From Leptolyngbyaceae cyanobacterium (GTDB lineage: Bacteria; Cyanobacteriota; Cyanobacteriia; Phormidesmidales; Phormidesmidaceae): DNA of 64,000 bases. The position numbers and the translations under genes were made by a program. Location: the NCBI GenBank assembly GCA_965263355.1, contig CBDHHL010000056.1, forward strand, positions 704,001-768,000. Reading direction: 5' to 3'. Of the stretch, positions 51,975-62,772 are shown piece by piece (within the stretch, counting starts at the first letter, position 1; every line of letters begins with the position of its first letter). Under the pieces are notes generated by a model. It had not been told where the DNA came from. It saw only the letters and a list, made by a program, of their open reading frames with translations, and ran no database searches.

Positions 51975-52139
51975 ATCAGCAATTTATCCTTATATCTAAC
52001 CAAGGCAATAGCTCCGAATTGAGGCTATAACTCTGTAAGAATTAACAAAGCAAATAATATTGATTACTCACTTATAAGAACACGGGAATCTTAAACGCAG
52101 CTGATAAAACCCTATTCCTTTACCCCCTAACGCTTCAAT

Positions 52140-54552
52140 ATGCAGGTTTCTAGGAATTTTGCATTTCTCAAGGTTCATAGCTTAGAGCTTGTCAGGCTGG
52201 GGACACTAGCTGAAAACTATTTTGCGAATGATCCGAATACTTGCTTGATTAAGCTGCGGCAATTTGGGGAGCAATTGGCCCAGCTAGTGGCGGCCAATGT
52301 GGGCCTTTACGAGGACCCGAATGAAAGCCAATTTGAACTCCTGCGACGGTTAGAGAATCGTGGGGCAATTACGGGACAAACCACCCAACTTTTCCATGAA
52401 ATTCGGAAGGTGGGTAATCGGGCTACCCACGGGAGCTATGGTGAACATGGGGCCGCACTGAGTCATCTGAAATATGCTCGGATCTTAGGTATCTGGTTTC
52501 ACCGATCCTATGGAGGAGCCCAGCAGTTTAAGCCCGGTCCTTTTATTCCACCCGCCGATCCCCGTCAAGAAACGGCTACGCTCAAAGCAGAATTGGAGCG
52601 CCTCAGGGCAGAACTGATTGCCAGACAGGCAGAACTGACGGCCACCCAGTCCCAGGCAGAACAAGCCCAAGCCCAGGCCCAGGAAGAAGCTGAACTACGG
52701 CAGCTAGCTGAAGACCTTTTAATCGAAACGGAAGCTCAAGCTGAGGAAGAAAAAGCTCAACTAGCCGCACAACTAACCGCAATGCAGGCTAAAGCGGCTC
52801 AAGCCCCAGCTCAAACTATTCAATCAGCCATTGCGACTGCTCAAGTGGTTGAGACGGAACTGGATTTAGATGAACGTGAAACTAGACGTTTGATTGATGC
52901 TCAACTGCGTGGGGCGGGTTGGGACGTTGATACGGAAACATTGACCTATAGAAATGGCACTCGCCCACAGAAAGGGAAAAATCTAGCCATTGCTGAATGG
53001 CCCACTGCCGATGGACGGGCTGATTATATTTTATTTGTGGGGTTGGCTGCGATCGCAACCGTCGAAGCCAAACGGAAAAGCAAAGATGTATCTGGATCAG
53101 TAGACCAGGCCAAGCGCTACAGTCGGGGATATGCAATCAAAGGAAATGAAACCTTACCAGCTGGTCCCTGGGGAGAGTACAAAATTCCCTTTGTGTTTGC
53201 TACCAATGGCCGAGAGTTTTTGCCCCAGCTTGAAACCAAAAGCGGCATCTGGTTTTGTGATGTGCGGCGTCCAGAAAATCTGCGACGTCCCTTGAGAAGC
53301 TGGTATAGCCCAGCCGGTTTGATTGATACTTTGGCCCAGGATATCGATCAGGCCCAGGCGCAACTAGCTCAGGAGCCATTTAACTACGGCTTTGACCTAC
53401 GGCACTATCAAATTCGGGCTATTCGAGCAGTGGAAGCGGCCCTGGCCCAGGATCAGCGCAATCTATTGCTGGCCATGGCAACGGGCACCGGTAAAACCAA
53501 GACCTGTATTGCCCTGGTCTATCGATTGCTCAAGACCAAACGCTTTCGGCGCGTCTTATTTTTGGTGGACCGTACTGCCCTGGGGGAACAGGCTGCCAAT
53601 GCCTTCAAAGATACCCAAATGGAAAGTTTGCAGGAGTTTGCCAAAATCTTTGAAATTAAGGAGCTAAAGGATACAGCCCCGGAGCGGGACACAAAGGTGC
53701 ATATTGGCACGGTACAGAGCTTTGTCAAACGTATTTTGTACCCCAGTGATGAAGCCGAACCCCTAACGGCGGATCAGTACGACTGCATTGTGGTGGACGA
53801 GTGTCACCGGGGGTATTTGCTGGACCGGGAGCTAAGTGATAACGAACTCACCTTTCGAGACTTTAAAGACTATGTCTCGAAATACCGCACCGTTCTTGAA
53901 TATTTTGATGCGGTCAAGATTGGATTAACGGCTACGCCTGCGTTGCATACATCCCAAATTTTTGGTGACCCCGTCTTTAAATACAGCTATCGGGAAGCGG
54001 TGATTGATGGTTACCTGATTGACCATGAGCCCCCCATTCGCCCAGTGACGGCCCTGGCTGAAGACAATATTGTTTGGCAGGCAGGTGAGAATGTTCAATA
54101 CATTGATCCAAAAACCGGGCAGCTAGACCTGATCCATGCGCCGGATGAGATCCGAGTAGAGGTAGAACAGTTTAACCGACAGGTAATTACCCAAGAGTTT
54201 AACCGGGTAGTCTGTGACTTTTTGGCCGATGAAATTGACCCGGAGATGGGCAAAACACTGATTTTCTGTGTGAATGATGCCCATGCTGATTTAGTAACAG
54301 ATTTGCTCAAAAAATCTCTCACAGAACGCTATGGCAGTATCGATGACGATGATGTCAAAAAGATTACGGGAGCGTCAGACAAACCGCTAGACTGATTCGA
54401 CGGTATAAGAACGAGGTCAGTCCTAAAATAGCCGTGACGGTTGACTTGCTGACCACTGGGACTGATTCGACGGTATAAGAACGAGGTCAGTCCTAAAATA
54501 GCCGTGACGGTTGACTTGCTGACCACTGGGATTGATGTACCGGCCATTTGTA
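52140..54552 (+). pseudogene. hsdR: Type I R-M restriction subunit (EcoKI-like), frameshifted near 54390 and truncated
   Basis: ADY.L...VEAKR nuclease, MATGTGKT, DECHRG, GLTATP; LLTTGIDVPAIC in shifted frame, then similarity ends; 70-bp duplication at 54391-54530. Confidence 0.88.
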
Positions 54553-54624
54553 AGGAGAAGAGGCCAGTTAATACAAATTAACTAATTCATAGGTACGATT
54601 GCCAAATAACTTGTCTATACTGAA

Positions 54625-54646
54625 ATAGCCATTTAGATAGCCATTT
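54625..54646 (+). promoter_or_regulatory. Direct-repeat operator of the TA operon
   Basis: ATAGCCATTT twice, between a TATACT -10 and the ATG. Confidence 0.5.
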
Positions 54647-54658
54647 CATAATTTTACT

Positions 54659-54967
54659 ATGGTCCAATCTAGCAACCAGTACTCTATTGCCCAGGCGAGG
54701 GATCGCTTTACCCAATTAGTGCATGAAGCAGAGCAAGGCAATGCGGTGGAAGTGACCCGCCGGGGGCAGCGGGTGGCGGTGCTGGTTTCTGCCAAAGAAT
54801 ATGACCGCTGGCATAAGCCCAAGCAAGACTTTTGGCAATCTGTTCTAGCTTGGCGTGAAAAGTTCGGTTTAGATACCCGCGATGAGGACGATGACGACCG
54901 CAAGTTTGAAGAAGTTATGGCCACTGTGCGGGATAAATCCCCTGGACCGGAACCGTTTGAGTGGTAA
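54659..54967 (+). CDS. Phd/YefM antitoxin
   Basis: SIAQARDRFTQLVHEAE.G..VEVTRRG..VAVLVS motif. Confidence 0.88.
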   Translation: MVQSSNQYSIAQARDRFTQLVHEAEQGNAVEVTRRGQRVAVLVSAKEYDRWHKPKQDFWQSVLAWREKFGLDTRDEDDDDRKFEEVMATVRDKSPGPEPFEW

Positions 54968-55386
54968 TGGTGATTCGTTTTTTATTAGATACCAATATTT
55001 TGTCGGAGCCGACTAAGCGTCAGCCGAATATGCGGGTGATGCAGCAGCTAGCGGAAAATAGTGGGCAGTTTGCCATTGCGTCTGTTTCTTATCACGAGGT
55101 GATGGTGGGGTATTTGAGGTTGCCAGAGTCTCAAAAACGGCGGGAGATAGAAACCTATATGCAGCAAAGTGTAGACGGTGTGCTAGAGATTTTGCCCTAT
55201 GACGATACGGCGGCGCGATGGCATGCACTTGAGCGAACGAGGCTGATGCAGGCTGGAAAAACACCGCCCTATGGGGATGGGCAGATTGCTGCCATAGCGG
55301 CTACGAATAACCTTACCCTAGTGACCCAAAATACTGACGACTTTCAATATTTCCAAGATTTGCAAATTGCCAACTGGTTTGAATAA
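54961..55386 (+). CDS. VapC/PIN toxin
   Basis: LLDTNILSE...DGQIAAIA..NNLTLVT.N..DF motif. Confidence 0.9.
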   Translation: MVMVIRFLLDTNILSEPTKRQPNMRVMQQLAENSGQFAIASVSYHEVMVGYLRLPESQKRREIETYMQQSVDGVLEILPYDDTAARWHALERTRLMQAGKTPPYGDGQIAAIAATNNLTLVTQNTDDFQYFQDLQIANWFE

Positions 55387-55406
55387 TTACCCTAACAACA
55401 CTGTCT

Positions 55407-56033
55407 ATGAATGTTACCTCCGATATTGTTGCGAAGCTGTGGAACCTGTGTAATGTCCTACGGGATGATGGCATTACCTATTTGCAGTATGTGACGGAGC
55501 TGACCTACCTGCTGTTTTTGAAAATGATGCAGGAGACCGATCAGGAAGCGGTACTGCCGGAGGGGAAACGGTGGGGTGATTTGGTGGCGCTGGATGGGAT
55601 TAAGCAGCTGGAGTTTTATCGGGATCTGCTGCGAGATCTGGGGCGTGGTGGCGTTAATAAGCGGGTACAGGCGATTTTTGCCAATGCCCAGACAGCCTTG
55701 AAACAGCCGCGCATTATTAAAAAGCTGGTGACCAGCATTGATGAGCTGGACTGGTACTCAGCCAAGGAAGAAGGGCTGGGGGACCTGTATGAAGGGCTGC
55801 TGGAGAAAAATGCAGGGGAAAAGAAATCGGGGGAAGAAGGACGGTTTCGGTGTTTTAGTCGAGAGTTTATCAAGGAGCGGGGGGAGAATTTAGATATTTC
55901 GTGGTTGCGGGACGAGAGTTTGCAGTCGGCGGAAGATTTGCCGGAACCGGATGAGATTGCATCGGCGATCATGGAGAAGTTACGGGTGGCGATGACGGAA
56001 ATGGAAGCGTTGAGTGCGTTGCTGGAGGAATAA
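55407..56033 (+). pseudogene. hsdM: Type I methyltransferase with in-frame internal deletion of the catalytic domain
   Basis: N-terminus LWNLCNVLRDDG...GDLYEGLLEKNAGEKKSG joined directly to C-terminal GRFRCFSRE...LDISWL; no GQYFTP, DPAxG or NPPF. Confidence 0.85.
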
Positions 56034-56037
56034 AGCT

Positions 56038-56340
56038 GTGAGCATTTTAGACACCGTTTTACAAAGGATTCAGCTGCTACCCGTTGATAAGCAGCGGACA
56101 GTCCTCGATTTCATAGATTTTTTGGTGCATGGACTACAGCTTGATCGGTCTTCAAGGGCTGACAGCACCGAAGGCAAAGCGAACGATACCTTTGTACCTC
56201 GATCACCGCTTGGACAAAAGCTATACAGCATTCGCCAAAGAGCTTTTAGCGAAGGGATGCAGTCAGCAAATATTGAGGAAATCAATACCGAAATCGCAGA
56301 TCACCGGAGGCATCATCTTTCTTATGAAGACATATCTTGA
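56038..56340 (+). CDS. DUF2281-like antitoxin
   Basis: IQLLPVDKQRTVLDFIDFL motif; overlaps the PIN gene. Confidence 0.65.
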   Translation: MSILDTVLQRIQLLPVDKQRTVLDFIDFLVHGLQLDRSSRADSTEGKANDTFVPRSPLGQKLYSIRQRAFSEGMQSANIEEINTEIADHRRHHLSYEDIS

Positions 56341-56737
56341 TACAGGTGTGTTGATTACTGCGTTTCGTAACAAGGGACTTGGTGGCATTAGAGCCTTGCA
56401 GATTCTAGATGATTCGCAGCGGACCTTTGGTTCTAGCATTTTTATTAAATTAGAAACTCTGCCTAAGACTATCTATAATCAGCAAGCTATCGAACGAGAA
56501 TTCTATGAAACGTTTTTTGATGCTGTAACCGATTGGGCAAATGATGTTGAGAGAATTGTTGAAGAGGCTTATCGGATATCCTGTGAGTATGGTCTAGCGG
56601 CAATGGACGCCTTACATATTGCAGCGGCGGTAACGATAGGTGCAGAAGAATTTATAACGACTGAGAAAATAACCAAACCGATGTTTCGAGTGTCGGAAAT
56701 TAAGGTGATGCCATTGATATCAGAGCTGGAGAAATGA
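56324..56737 (+). CDS. PIN-domain toxin
   Basis: YLDTGVLI...LETLP...MDALHIAAA...EFITTE motif. Confidence 0.85.
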   Translation: MKTYLDTGVLITAFRNKGLGGIRALQILDDSQRTFGSSIFIKLETLPKTIYNQQAIEREFYETFFDAVTDWANDVERIVEEAYRISCEYGLAAMDALHIAAAVTIGAEEFITTEKITKPMFRVSEIKVMPLISELEK

Positions 56738-57048
56738 ATATGAATGTTACGTTAACCCCTGAGTTAGATCAGTTTGTGCAGACTCAAATTGATAGTGGTA
56801 AATATGCATCTGCGACGGAAGTGCTTCTAGCTGGAGTTGCTTTATTAAAAGAGATTGATCGTGTTTATAAGGGGCGATTTGAAGAGTTAAGGCAAAAAGT
56901 GCTGGAGGGTGTAGATGTCTCTGATAGAGGGGATTATACTCAAGAGCGTCATGGTTGGATTGATCAAACTTCCGTGGATGATATTCTTAGCGCGATGAAA
57001 CAACGGCAGGATGATGATACGGATCGTTATGACGAGGTTATCGAATAG
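56734..57048 (+). CDS. ParD-like ribbon-helix-helix antitoxin, orphan
   Basis: MNVTLTPELDQFV..QI.SGKYASA.EV motif. Confidence 0.75.
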   Translation: MNMNVTLTPELDQFVQTQIDSGKYASATEVLLAGVALLKEIDRVYKGRFEELRQKVLEGVDVSDRGDYTQERHGWIDQTSVDDILSAMKQRQDDDTDRYDEVIE

Positions 57049-57405
57049 TTGGGCAATGGCGTTAGGTGTTGCAGGGCGGACTTCGGCGAGGCTCAGCCAC
57101 CGGGTATAAGGCACTGCCCCTACGAGAGGGGCTATTTTGAATTGGGGTTAATAAATTTGAATTTGTTATTAGCATCGACTCTGATTTTTTGCCCTGACAC
57201 CGCCGTAACTTTGCCCCAACCTGGATTTTTGCTATGAGGGAGAACCTACTTTCGGGGGGTGTGGGGGAGTTAGGCCCCCACGAACAGGAGGGTTTCAGGG
57301 AGGAAAGCCCTGAGCAGCCCTTATCGCGATTGATCGGTTTTCAGTCGATGTTGATTGAGTTGCAAATTGCAATGGATGAGATGGCTGTGTTAATGGATTT
57401 AATGG

Positions 57406-58955
57406 ATGAATGAGAACTTCAAGCCTCTGAACCAAAAGGGTGGAGTTGGGTCAATCTTAATGAACTTGGTGAATTGGCACGGTAGTAATCTAAACATCGT
57501 CCCAGAAATGCTCCAAGACTTTTCGGAAAAACGGGATGCCTTAATTCTTCCATGAATGTGCATTTTGGTGGACTCGATCTACGATGGAACTTTCTGATTA
57601 TTGATGAAAAAGCCTCTGCATTAGTGAATTTTGAAGTTCCGCAAATAGAGTATTTGCTCAAATTACAACTGTCAATAGGTCATCACCCATAGCACCGAAA
57701 TTGAGATATGGCATTCTAGGTTCAAGCCTGCTTTCCTGACACGTGTTGTCGGGCTCATTAAGGATAGAAAATAACTGATCCAAATTTTTATCGAGTATTT
57801 GCCTGAGAGCTATTCAGAAAATGATATGTCTGAAATATGGTGTTCTCGGCAAGCTGCTCAAGCTAATACAAGGCTATTTTAACTTTGAAATGCTCCCCTT
57901 CCCCCCCTCAACGAGCAACACCGCATCGTCGCCAAAATCGAAGCCCTAACCGCCCGCAGTCGCAAGGCCCGCGCAGCCCTGGACGCTATCCCAGCATTGC
58001 TGGACCAGTTTCGGCAGTCCGTCCTCGCTGCCGCTTTTCGGGGCGACCTGACGGCAGATTGGCGGGCACAGAATCCCGATGTGGAACCTGCGGAAACGTT
58101 GTTGGCGCGGATACGCACAGAGCGACGGGCACGATGGGAACAAGCTGGAGAAATGAAAGCGAAGGGTAAGGTGCCGAAGCTGGGGAAGTATAAGGAGCCT
58201 TCTCGTGCTAAAAGAAGATTTTCCAGAGTTGCCCGAAAGTTTTGGATATCAGTTGAGGAATTGGTTTCAGACAAACCTCGTTCGCTACAGAGTAGTATCT
58301 TAAGCATCATGACGGTATCGAGGAGACTCAGGTATTCTCGCAATAGGTATCGATAATGTTTTAGAAGGTGAATTTACTTTAGGCCGCCAAAATAGATAGC
58401 TCAGCATATAAAGAACTTGGTATACAGCTCGATTTAGACGTTTTGATAACGGTAATGGCAACAGTTGGTCATGCTGTGTTGTTCCTGAAGGTCTTGAGAC
58501 TTCAATTATTCCAAGCATGTTTGCAGAGCATCACCAGAACAACAGCTTATAAATTCATACTTTTTCATGAATGCACTTAGAATGGAGTCGTCCTTCAAAT
58601 AGAATAGCACCTCAGAGGCCAAACAAGGCCAGGTATTAATGGTCAAATTCTCAAAGAATTTTTTATTCCATTCCCCCTAAAAGTGAACAGGAAAAGATTC
58701 TGGAAATAATTGAAAGACAATTTTTGGCATGATAGAAGAGTTAGCCCTTCACTAGAACTTAATTCCTCAACTGACCAACTCGACCAATCCATCCTCGCCA
58801 AAGCCTTCCGAGGCCAACTCGTCCCCCAGGACCCCAACGACGAACCCGCCAGCGTGCTGCTTGAGCGTATTCGGGCGGAGCGGGAGAAAACGCAGAAAAA
58901 GAAGGGGAAAGGGGGAAAGGGGAAGGGGAAGAGAGTGAAAGTGGGTGAAGGGTGA
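57406..58955 (+). pseudogene. hsdS: Type I specificity subunit with many frameshifts
   Basis: PKGWSWV start; PLPPLNEQHRIVAKIE...FRQSVLAAAFRGDLT..WR; DQSILAKAFRGQLVPQDPNDEPASVLLERI. Confidence 0.85.
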
Positions 58956-59047
58956 AGGGTGAAGAGTGAGGGGGAGCAGGGGAGAGAGGGAGAGGGGGAG
59001 CAGGGGAGCCCTTCGACTTCGCTCAGGATACGGGGAGAGTAAGTGGT

Positions 59048-59272
59048 TTAAAGGTCTTTGAGGTAAAGAGTTTTAAAGTCTTCTGCGGCCTTGGGTTGAA
59101 TTTGCTTTAGCGCTTTAATCAGGCTAATCACCGTTTCAGAGCTAGGATCGCGCACCTCATTGGCCCAACGATAAATATTAGATGCACCAATACCCATTAC
59201 GGCAGCCAATCGTCCCTGGCTAATGCCGTGCTTCTCCATTACCACTTTAAGTACCTTACCCGCTCTGCCCAT
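59048..59272 (-). CDS. XRE-family HTH regulator
   Basis: GISQGRLA..MG....NIYRWANE.RDP motif. Confidence 0.88.
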   Translation of the reverse strand: MGRAGKVLKVVMEKHGISQGRLAAVMGIGASNIYRWANEVRDPSSETVISLIKALKQIQPKAAEDFKTLYLKDL

Positions 59273-59311
59273 GCCTTTGATCCTTACAAAGGCTGTGACA
59301 TTTCGTATACA

Positions 59312-59353
59312 GTCCAATTGGACCGTGCTATTCTAATTAAGTCCAATTGGACT
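59312..59353. promoter_or_regulatory. Pair of palindromic operators
   Basis: GTCCAATTGGAC at 59312-59323 and 59341-59352, between the divergent XRE and hypothetical genes. Confidence 0.7.
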
Positions 59354-59401
59354 GTGCCTATTTTGGTAATAGATATAGTCTTTATCGCTGAACCCTTCTC
59401 T

Positions 59402-59674
59402 ATGAAAACCCAAGCCTTTGTGACACTACCTGAGCCTAACGTGACTCCTGAATCTGCCCTCCAGCTTTATTCCGTCCCTAAACCTGACCGCGAGCCAGTC
59501 AAAATCCTGATCATTGGCTCCCAGGCTGCCGTCAACACCATCATTCATAGCCTGCACCACCACCGCTTTGCTGAACCATTTGAGTGGACCCCGTTTTTAC
59601 CCACGGATCGTCCTATTCAGATTCAGGCCGGGGAGTCGTTGCGATCGCTAGTAAAATACCTACCCCATCAGTAA
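59402..59674 (+). CDS. Small hypothetical protein
   Basis: RE.VK..IIGS..AV...IH.LH...FAE..EW motif, recalled from cyanobacterial XRE-divergent genes. Confidence 0.6.
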   Translation: MKTQAFVTLPEPNVTPESALQLYSVPKPDREPVKILIIGSQAAVNTIIHSLHHHRFAEPFEWTPFLPTDRPIQIQAGESLRSLVKYLPHQ

Positions 59675-59684
59675 ACTTCTGCTA

Positions 59685-60092
59685 GTGGCAGAGCCACCAC
59701 CTACGCTCCAGGCGGAGCCTGGGAGCGAGTTAGATGAGGAACACACTATGCAAGGCGAAATCGACCAATACGGCTTCGAACGAATCCAACTCACCAGCCT
59801 GACCGCCCTTGACCAACTAATCGCCGAGCGCTTCCACATCCCCCCAAAGCCCTACACCACCGACATCCGCGCCGCCCTAGAACTTGTCATCTGGGCCTTA
59901 GACAACGACAGCCATCCCTACTTCGCCATCTTCAAATCTGCCGATGAAGCCTTCCCCGGTAAACCCTTTGGTGTCGGCTTTGCCCGCAAAACCTGGCACT
60001 ACAACGAAACAGCCACCCTGACTATTTGCATCGATGCCCTCTACCAACTCAAACAAATAGACGTAGACCTCAAACTCGATGAAGCGGAGTAG
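59685..60092 (+). CDS. Hypothetical protein
   Basis: Plausible 135-aa ORF; start may be the later ATG. Confidence 0.55.
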   Translation: MAEPPPTLQAEPGSELDEEHTMQGEIDQYGFERIQLTSLTALDQLIAERFHIPPKPYTTDIRAALELVIWALDNDSHPYFAIFKSADEAFPGKPFGVGFARKTWHYNETATLTICIDALYQLKQIDVDLKLDEAE

Positions 60093-60121
60093 CCATGTCA
60101 CCGTCACCCCATAAGAAAGCG

Positions 60122-60735
60122 TGTGGGTATCGGTGTCAACTTCGTTGGCCTTTTTAAGGGCATCCAGCTCGGCTTTGGTGCTGGCTAATTCTTGCTCGGT
60201 TTGCTTTTGTCGGGTTTCAGCAATTTACCGCATTTATCGGCCAAAGAAAGGCGCGATTCCAGCTCTTGTAGCTGCTTGAGGGTGAGGTCTACCGGGTCGT
60301 CAGCTGGCTTAGGGATGCGGTTACGGTCAAAGGTGAGGGTGTCTAGATTTTTGCCGTCTGGAGCGTAGTAGCGGCATAGCCAGTAGAGGAAATGAAACAG
60401 CTCCTCGACCACACGCAGGGCGTCTCGCTGGCTAACTTTGGTGGAGTCGTGGACGGCCAGGTTACCCACTTTGTGGACGGTGCGGATCTTTGGGAAGAGG
60501 CCGGGTTTGAGGTTTTCTTTAAATGTGCGCTCGCGGATTAGTGCGCCCAGGTTATTGGCGTAGGGCAGCCTCAGGTAGGGGTCGTTGGCATAGAGCCATT
60601 GCACCGCTTGCTCCAGGGTGAAGCGACTGTAAAAGCAACTGACACGGGGGGCAGAGAGATCAACCGTTCGGCATGGGTGGCATGCTCATAAAGGGTGGGA
60701 TAGCGAGTTTGAAGAAAGTCGAAATTGGATGCCAT
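60122..60735 (-). pseudogene. hsdR: N-terminal fragment of a second HsdR (DUF4145-type start), frameshifted and truncated
   Basis: MASNFDF...SRFTLEQAVQWLY.ND...GNLAVH...ELFHFLYWL; ends at ...DTDTH. Confidence 0.75.
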
Positions 60736-60916
60736 GGGTGGTTGCCCCGCGTTTTGCTAATCCAGGCTCAATTTAGTATGTACAGTTTTGCCTAAAAATC
60801 ATCAGGAAATATTGATTAAGCCGTAATATCGACAGATTTCAGATGTTTGGTTAATTCCGGTTGGGTGCCTTACAGTTGAACTAGGCTAAAGTGAGCTGAT
60901 GCTAGAGGGTTAGTCA

Positions 60917-61495
60917 ATGGTGATTGCAGCGCCCCAGTCCCACACCGCTGAAGAATATCTGGCCCGTGAGGTGGCCTCAGATGTACGCAGCGAATTTCGA
61001 TCGGGAGAGATTGTTGAAATGACGGGGGGCACACCTGAGCATAATGAGATTACTGGCACGTTACTTTTTTTGTTAAAAGCGGCCCTTAGGAAAAAGAACT
61101 ACAGCATTTTTGTTACTGATCAGCGGTTATGGATACCTGAACCGGATATTTATACTTACCCTGATGTAATGGTGACGAGTCGGCCACCAGAGTTAAAGCC
61201 GGGGCGCAAGGATACGGTGATTAATCCGGTGATGATTGCAGAAACGCTGTCGGAGTCTACCCAGGACTATGACCGGGGTAAAAAGTTTACTAACTATCGC
61301 ACGATTGAGACGTTTCAGGAATATGTGCTAATCGATCAGTATCGGCCCCATGTGGAGCACTATGTAAAACAGGCGACTAAACAGTGGTTGTTTAGGGAGT
61401 ATGACGGTTTAGAGGCGACCTTTACCCTGGCGTCGGTATCGGTGGAGATTGCCCTGGCAGATCTATATGAAGCGATTGAGTTTGACGCAGATTGA
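60917..61495 (+). CDS. Uma2 family endonuclease
   Basis: MTGGTPEHN, YTYPDVMV, ETLSEST.DYDRG.KF..YR motifs. Confidence 0.9.
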   Translation: MVIAAPQSHTAEEYLAREVASDVRSEFRSGEIVEMTGGTPEHNEITGTLLFLLKAALRKKNYSIFVTDQRLWIPEPDIYTYPDVMVTSRPPELKPGRKDTVINPVMIAETLSESTQDYDRGKKFTNYRTIETFQEYVLIDQYRPHVEHYVKQATKQWLFREYDGLEATFTLASVSVEIALADLYEAIEFDAD

Positions 61496-62061
61496 TTATG
61501 GTACAAATCCCTGTCCCAACGCTTACCTTGGAGTCGTTTCTGGAATTGCCAGATACGCAACCGGCCAGTGAATTTATTAATAACCAGCTGATTCAAAAAC
61601 CGATGCCCCAGGGAGAACATAGCACCTTACAAAGTGAGCTGGTGAATGCCATTAATGCGGTGGGTAAGCCTGCTCGGTTAGCCTATGCTTTTCCTGAACT
61701 GCGCTGTGTTTTTGGTGGGGCGGCTATTGTGCCAGATGTGGCCATATTTCGTTGGCCGCGAATTCCACGTCAGGACTCGGGGCGGATTGCGAATCGGTTT
61801 GAGATTTTTCCTGACTGGGCAATTGAGATTTTGTCGCCGGAGCAGGCTCAGACTAAACCGTTGGAAAAGTTGTTGCACTGTGTTGACCATGGCACTGAGC
61901 TGGGTTGGATGCTGGACCCGGAAGCGGATAGTGTTTTGGCGATTTCTGGGGACGCTCGCATTAAGTTATATCGGGGCGTTGATGTGTTGCCAGTGCTGTC
62001 TGGGTTGGAGCTAATGTTGTCGGCTAGTGATGTTTTTGGTTGGTTGTCGTTGCCAGAGTAA
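61492..62061 (+). CDS. Uma2 family endonuclease
   Basis: KPMPQGEHS, FPELRC, VPDVA, PDWAIEILSP motifs. Confidence 0.9.
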   Translation: MIMVQIPVPTLTLESFLELPDTQPASEFINNQLIQKPMPQGEHSTLQSELVNAINAVGKPARLAYAFPELRCVFGGAAIVPDVAIFRWPRIPRQDSGRIANRFEIFPDWAIEILSPEQAQTKPLEKLLHCVDHGTELGWMLDPEADSVLAISGDARIKLYRGVDVLPVLSGLELMLSASDVFGWLSLPE

Positions 62062-62097
62062 TGGGGCTGAGAATGCCTTCATGGTAAAAAGTAGTGC

Positions 62098-62691
62098 TCA
62101 AATACTTACTAAGGCCTCGGCAGTCAGCACTAAGTCGGAAAATTCTCTGGAATTAATTGGCTCAGCGCTGCGATAGGTCTTTTCTTGGTAAATGCCGTCT
62201 ACTAGCTGTAGAACAGTTACCTGTGACTGGTGCGGGTCAACGATCCAATATTCGGGAATGCCCCAGTCTTGATATTGCTGGCGTTTCCAGACGTAGTCGC
62301 GTTTGTAATTGTCAGTATCAGGATTGCCGGGGCTGACCACCTCGACGACAAATCGGGGTGGTAATGAGTCTAGAAATAGGGCTGTGCGTTTTTTCAGGCT
62401 TTCAATACTTAAATGAGCTGGTTCCAGGATAGCCAGGTCGGGGCGGCGATTGCGTTTGTTATCACCAACAGGGTTAACTTCTAGCTCTAGTACGCCGATT
62501 TTGGCCAACCGTAGCTGAATGAAGGGCATCAGCTTTTCTAGCAACATCATGACGATGGCGCTGTTGATTTCTGCTTCGCTCGGCACGGCTACCAGGCTCC
62601 CATCGGCCAGCAGGTCATAGCGAATGCCGTCAGTGTCATTGCGTTCTAGAAATTCGGCGAAGGTGAGCGGTTTGGTTTTGGCTTGAGTCAT
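62098..62691 (-). CDS. Uma2 family endonuclease
   Basis: RRPDL, VVEVVSPG, RDY..KR.QY...GIPEYWIVDP motifs. Confidence 0.9.
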   Translation of the reverse strand: MTQAKTKPLTFAEFLERNDTDGIRYDLLADGSLVAVPSEAEINSAIVMMLLEKLMPFIQLRLAKIGVLELEVNPVGDNKRNRRPDLAILEPAHLSIESLKKRTALFLDSLPPRFVVEVVSPGNPDTDNYKRDYVWKRQQYQDWGIPEYWIVDPHQSQVTVLQLVDGIYQEKTYRSAEPINSREFSDLVLTAEALVSI

Positions 62692-62772
62692 GGGTTTGGC
62701 CCATTGGCTAAGTTTTAATTATAACGGTAGCTACAAGCATCTGTTCAGGTTCAAACCATGTTGTTATGTTTG

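Noticed and set aside
57997..58356. Independent ORFs within 57.4-58.9 kb
   Set aside because: They are fragments or antisense shadows of the frameshifted hsdS.
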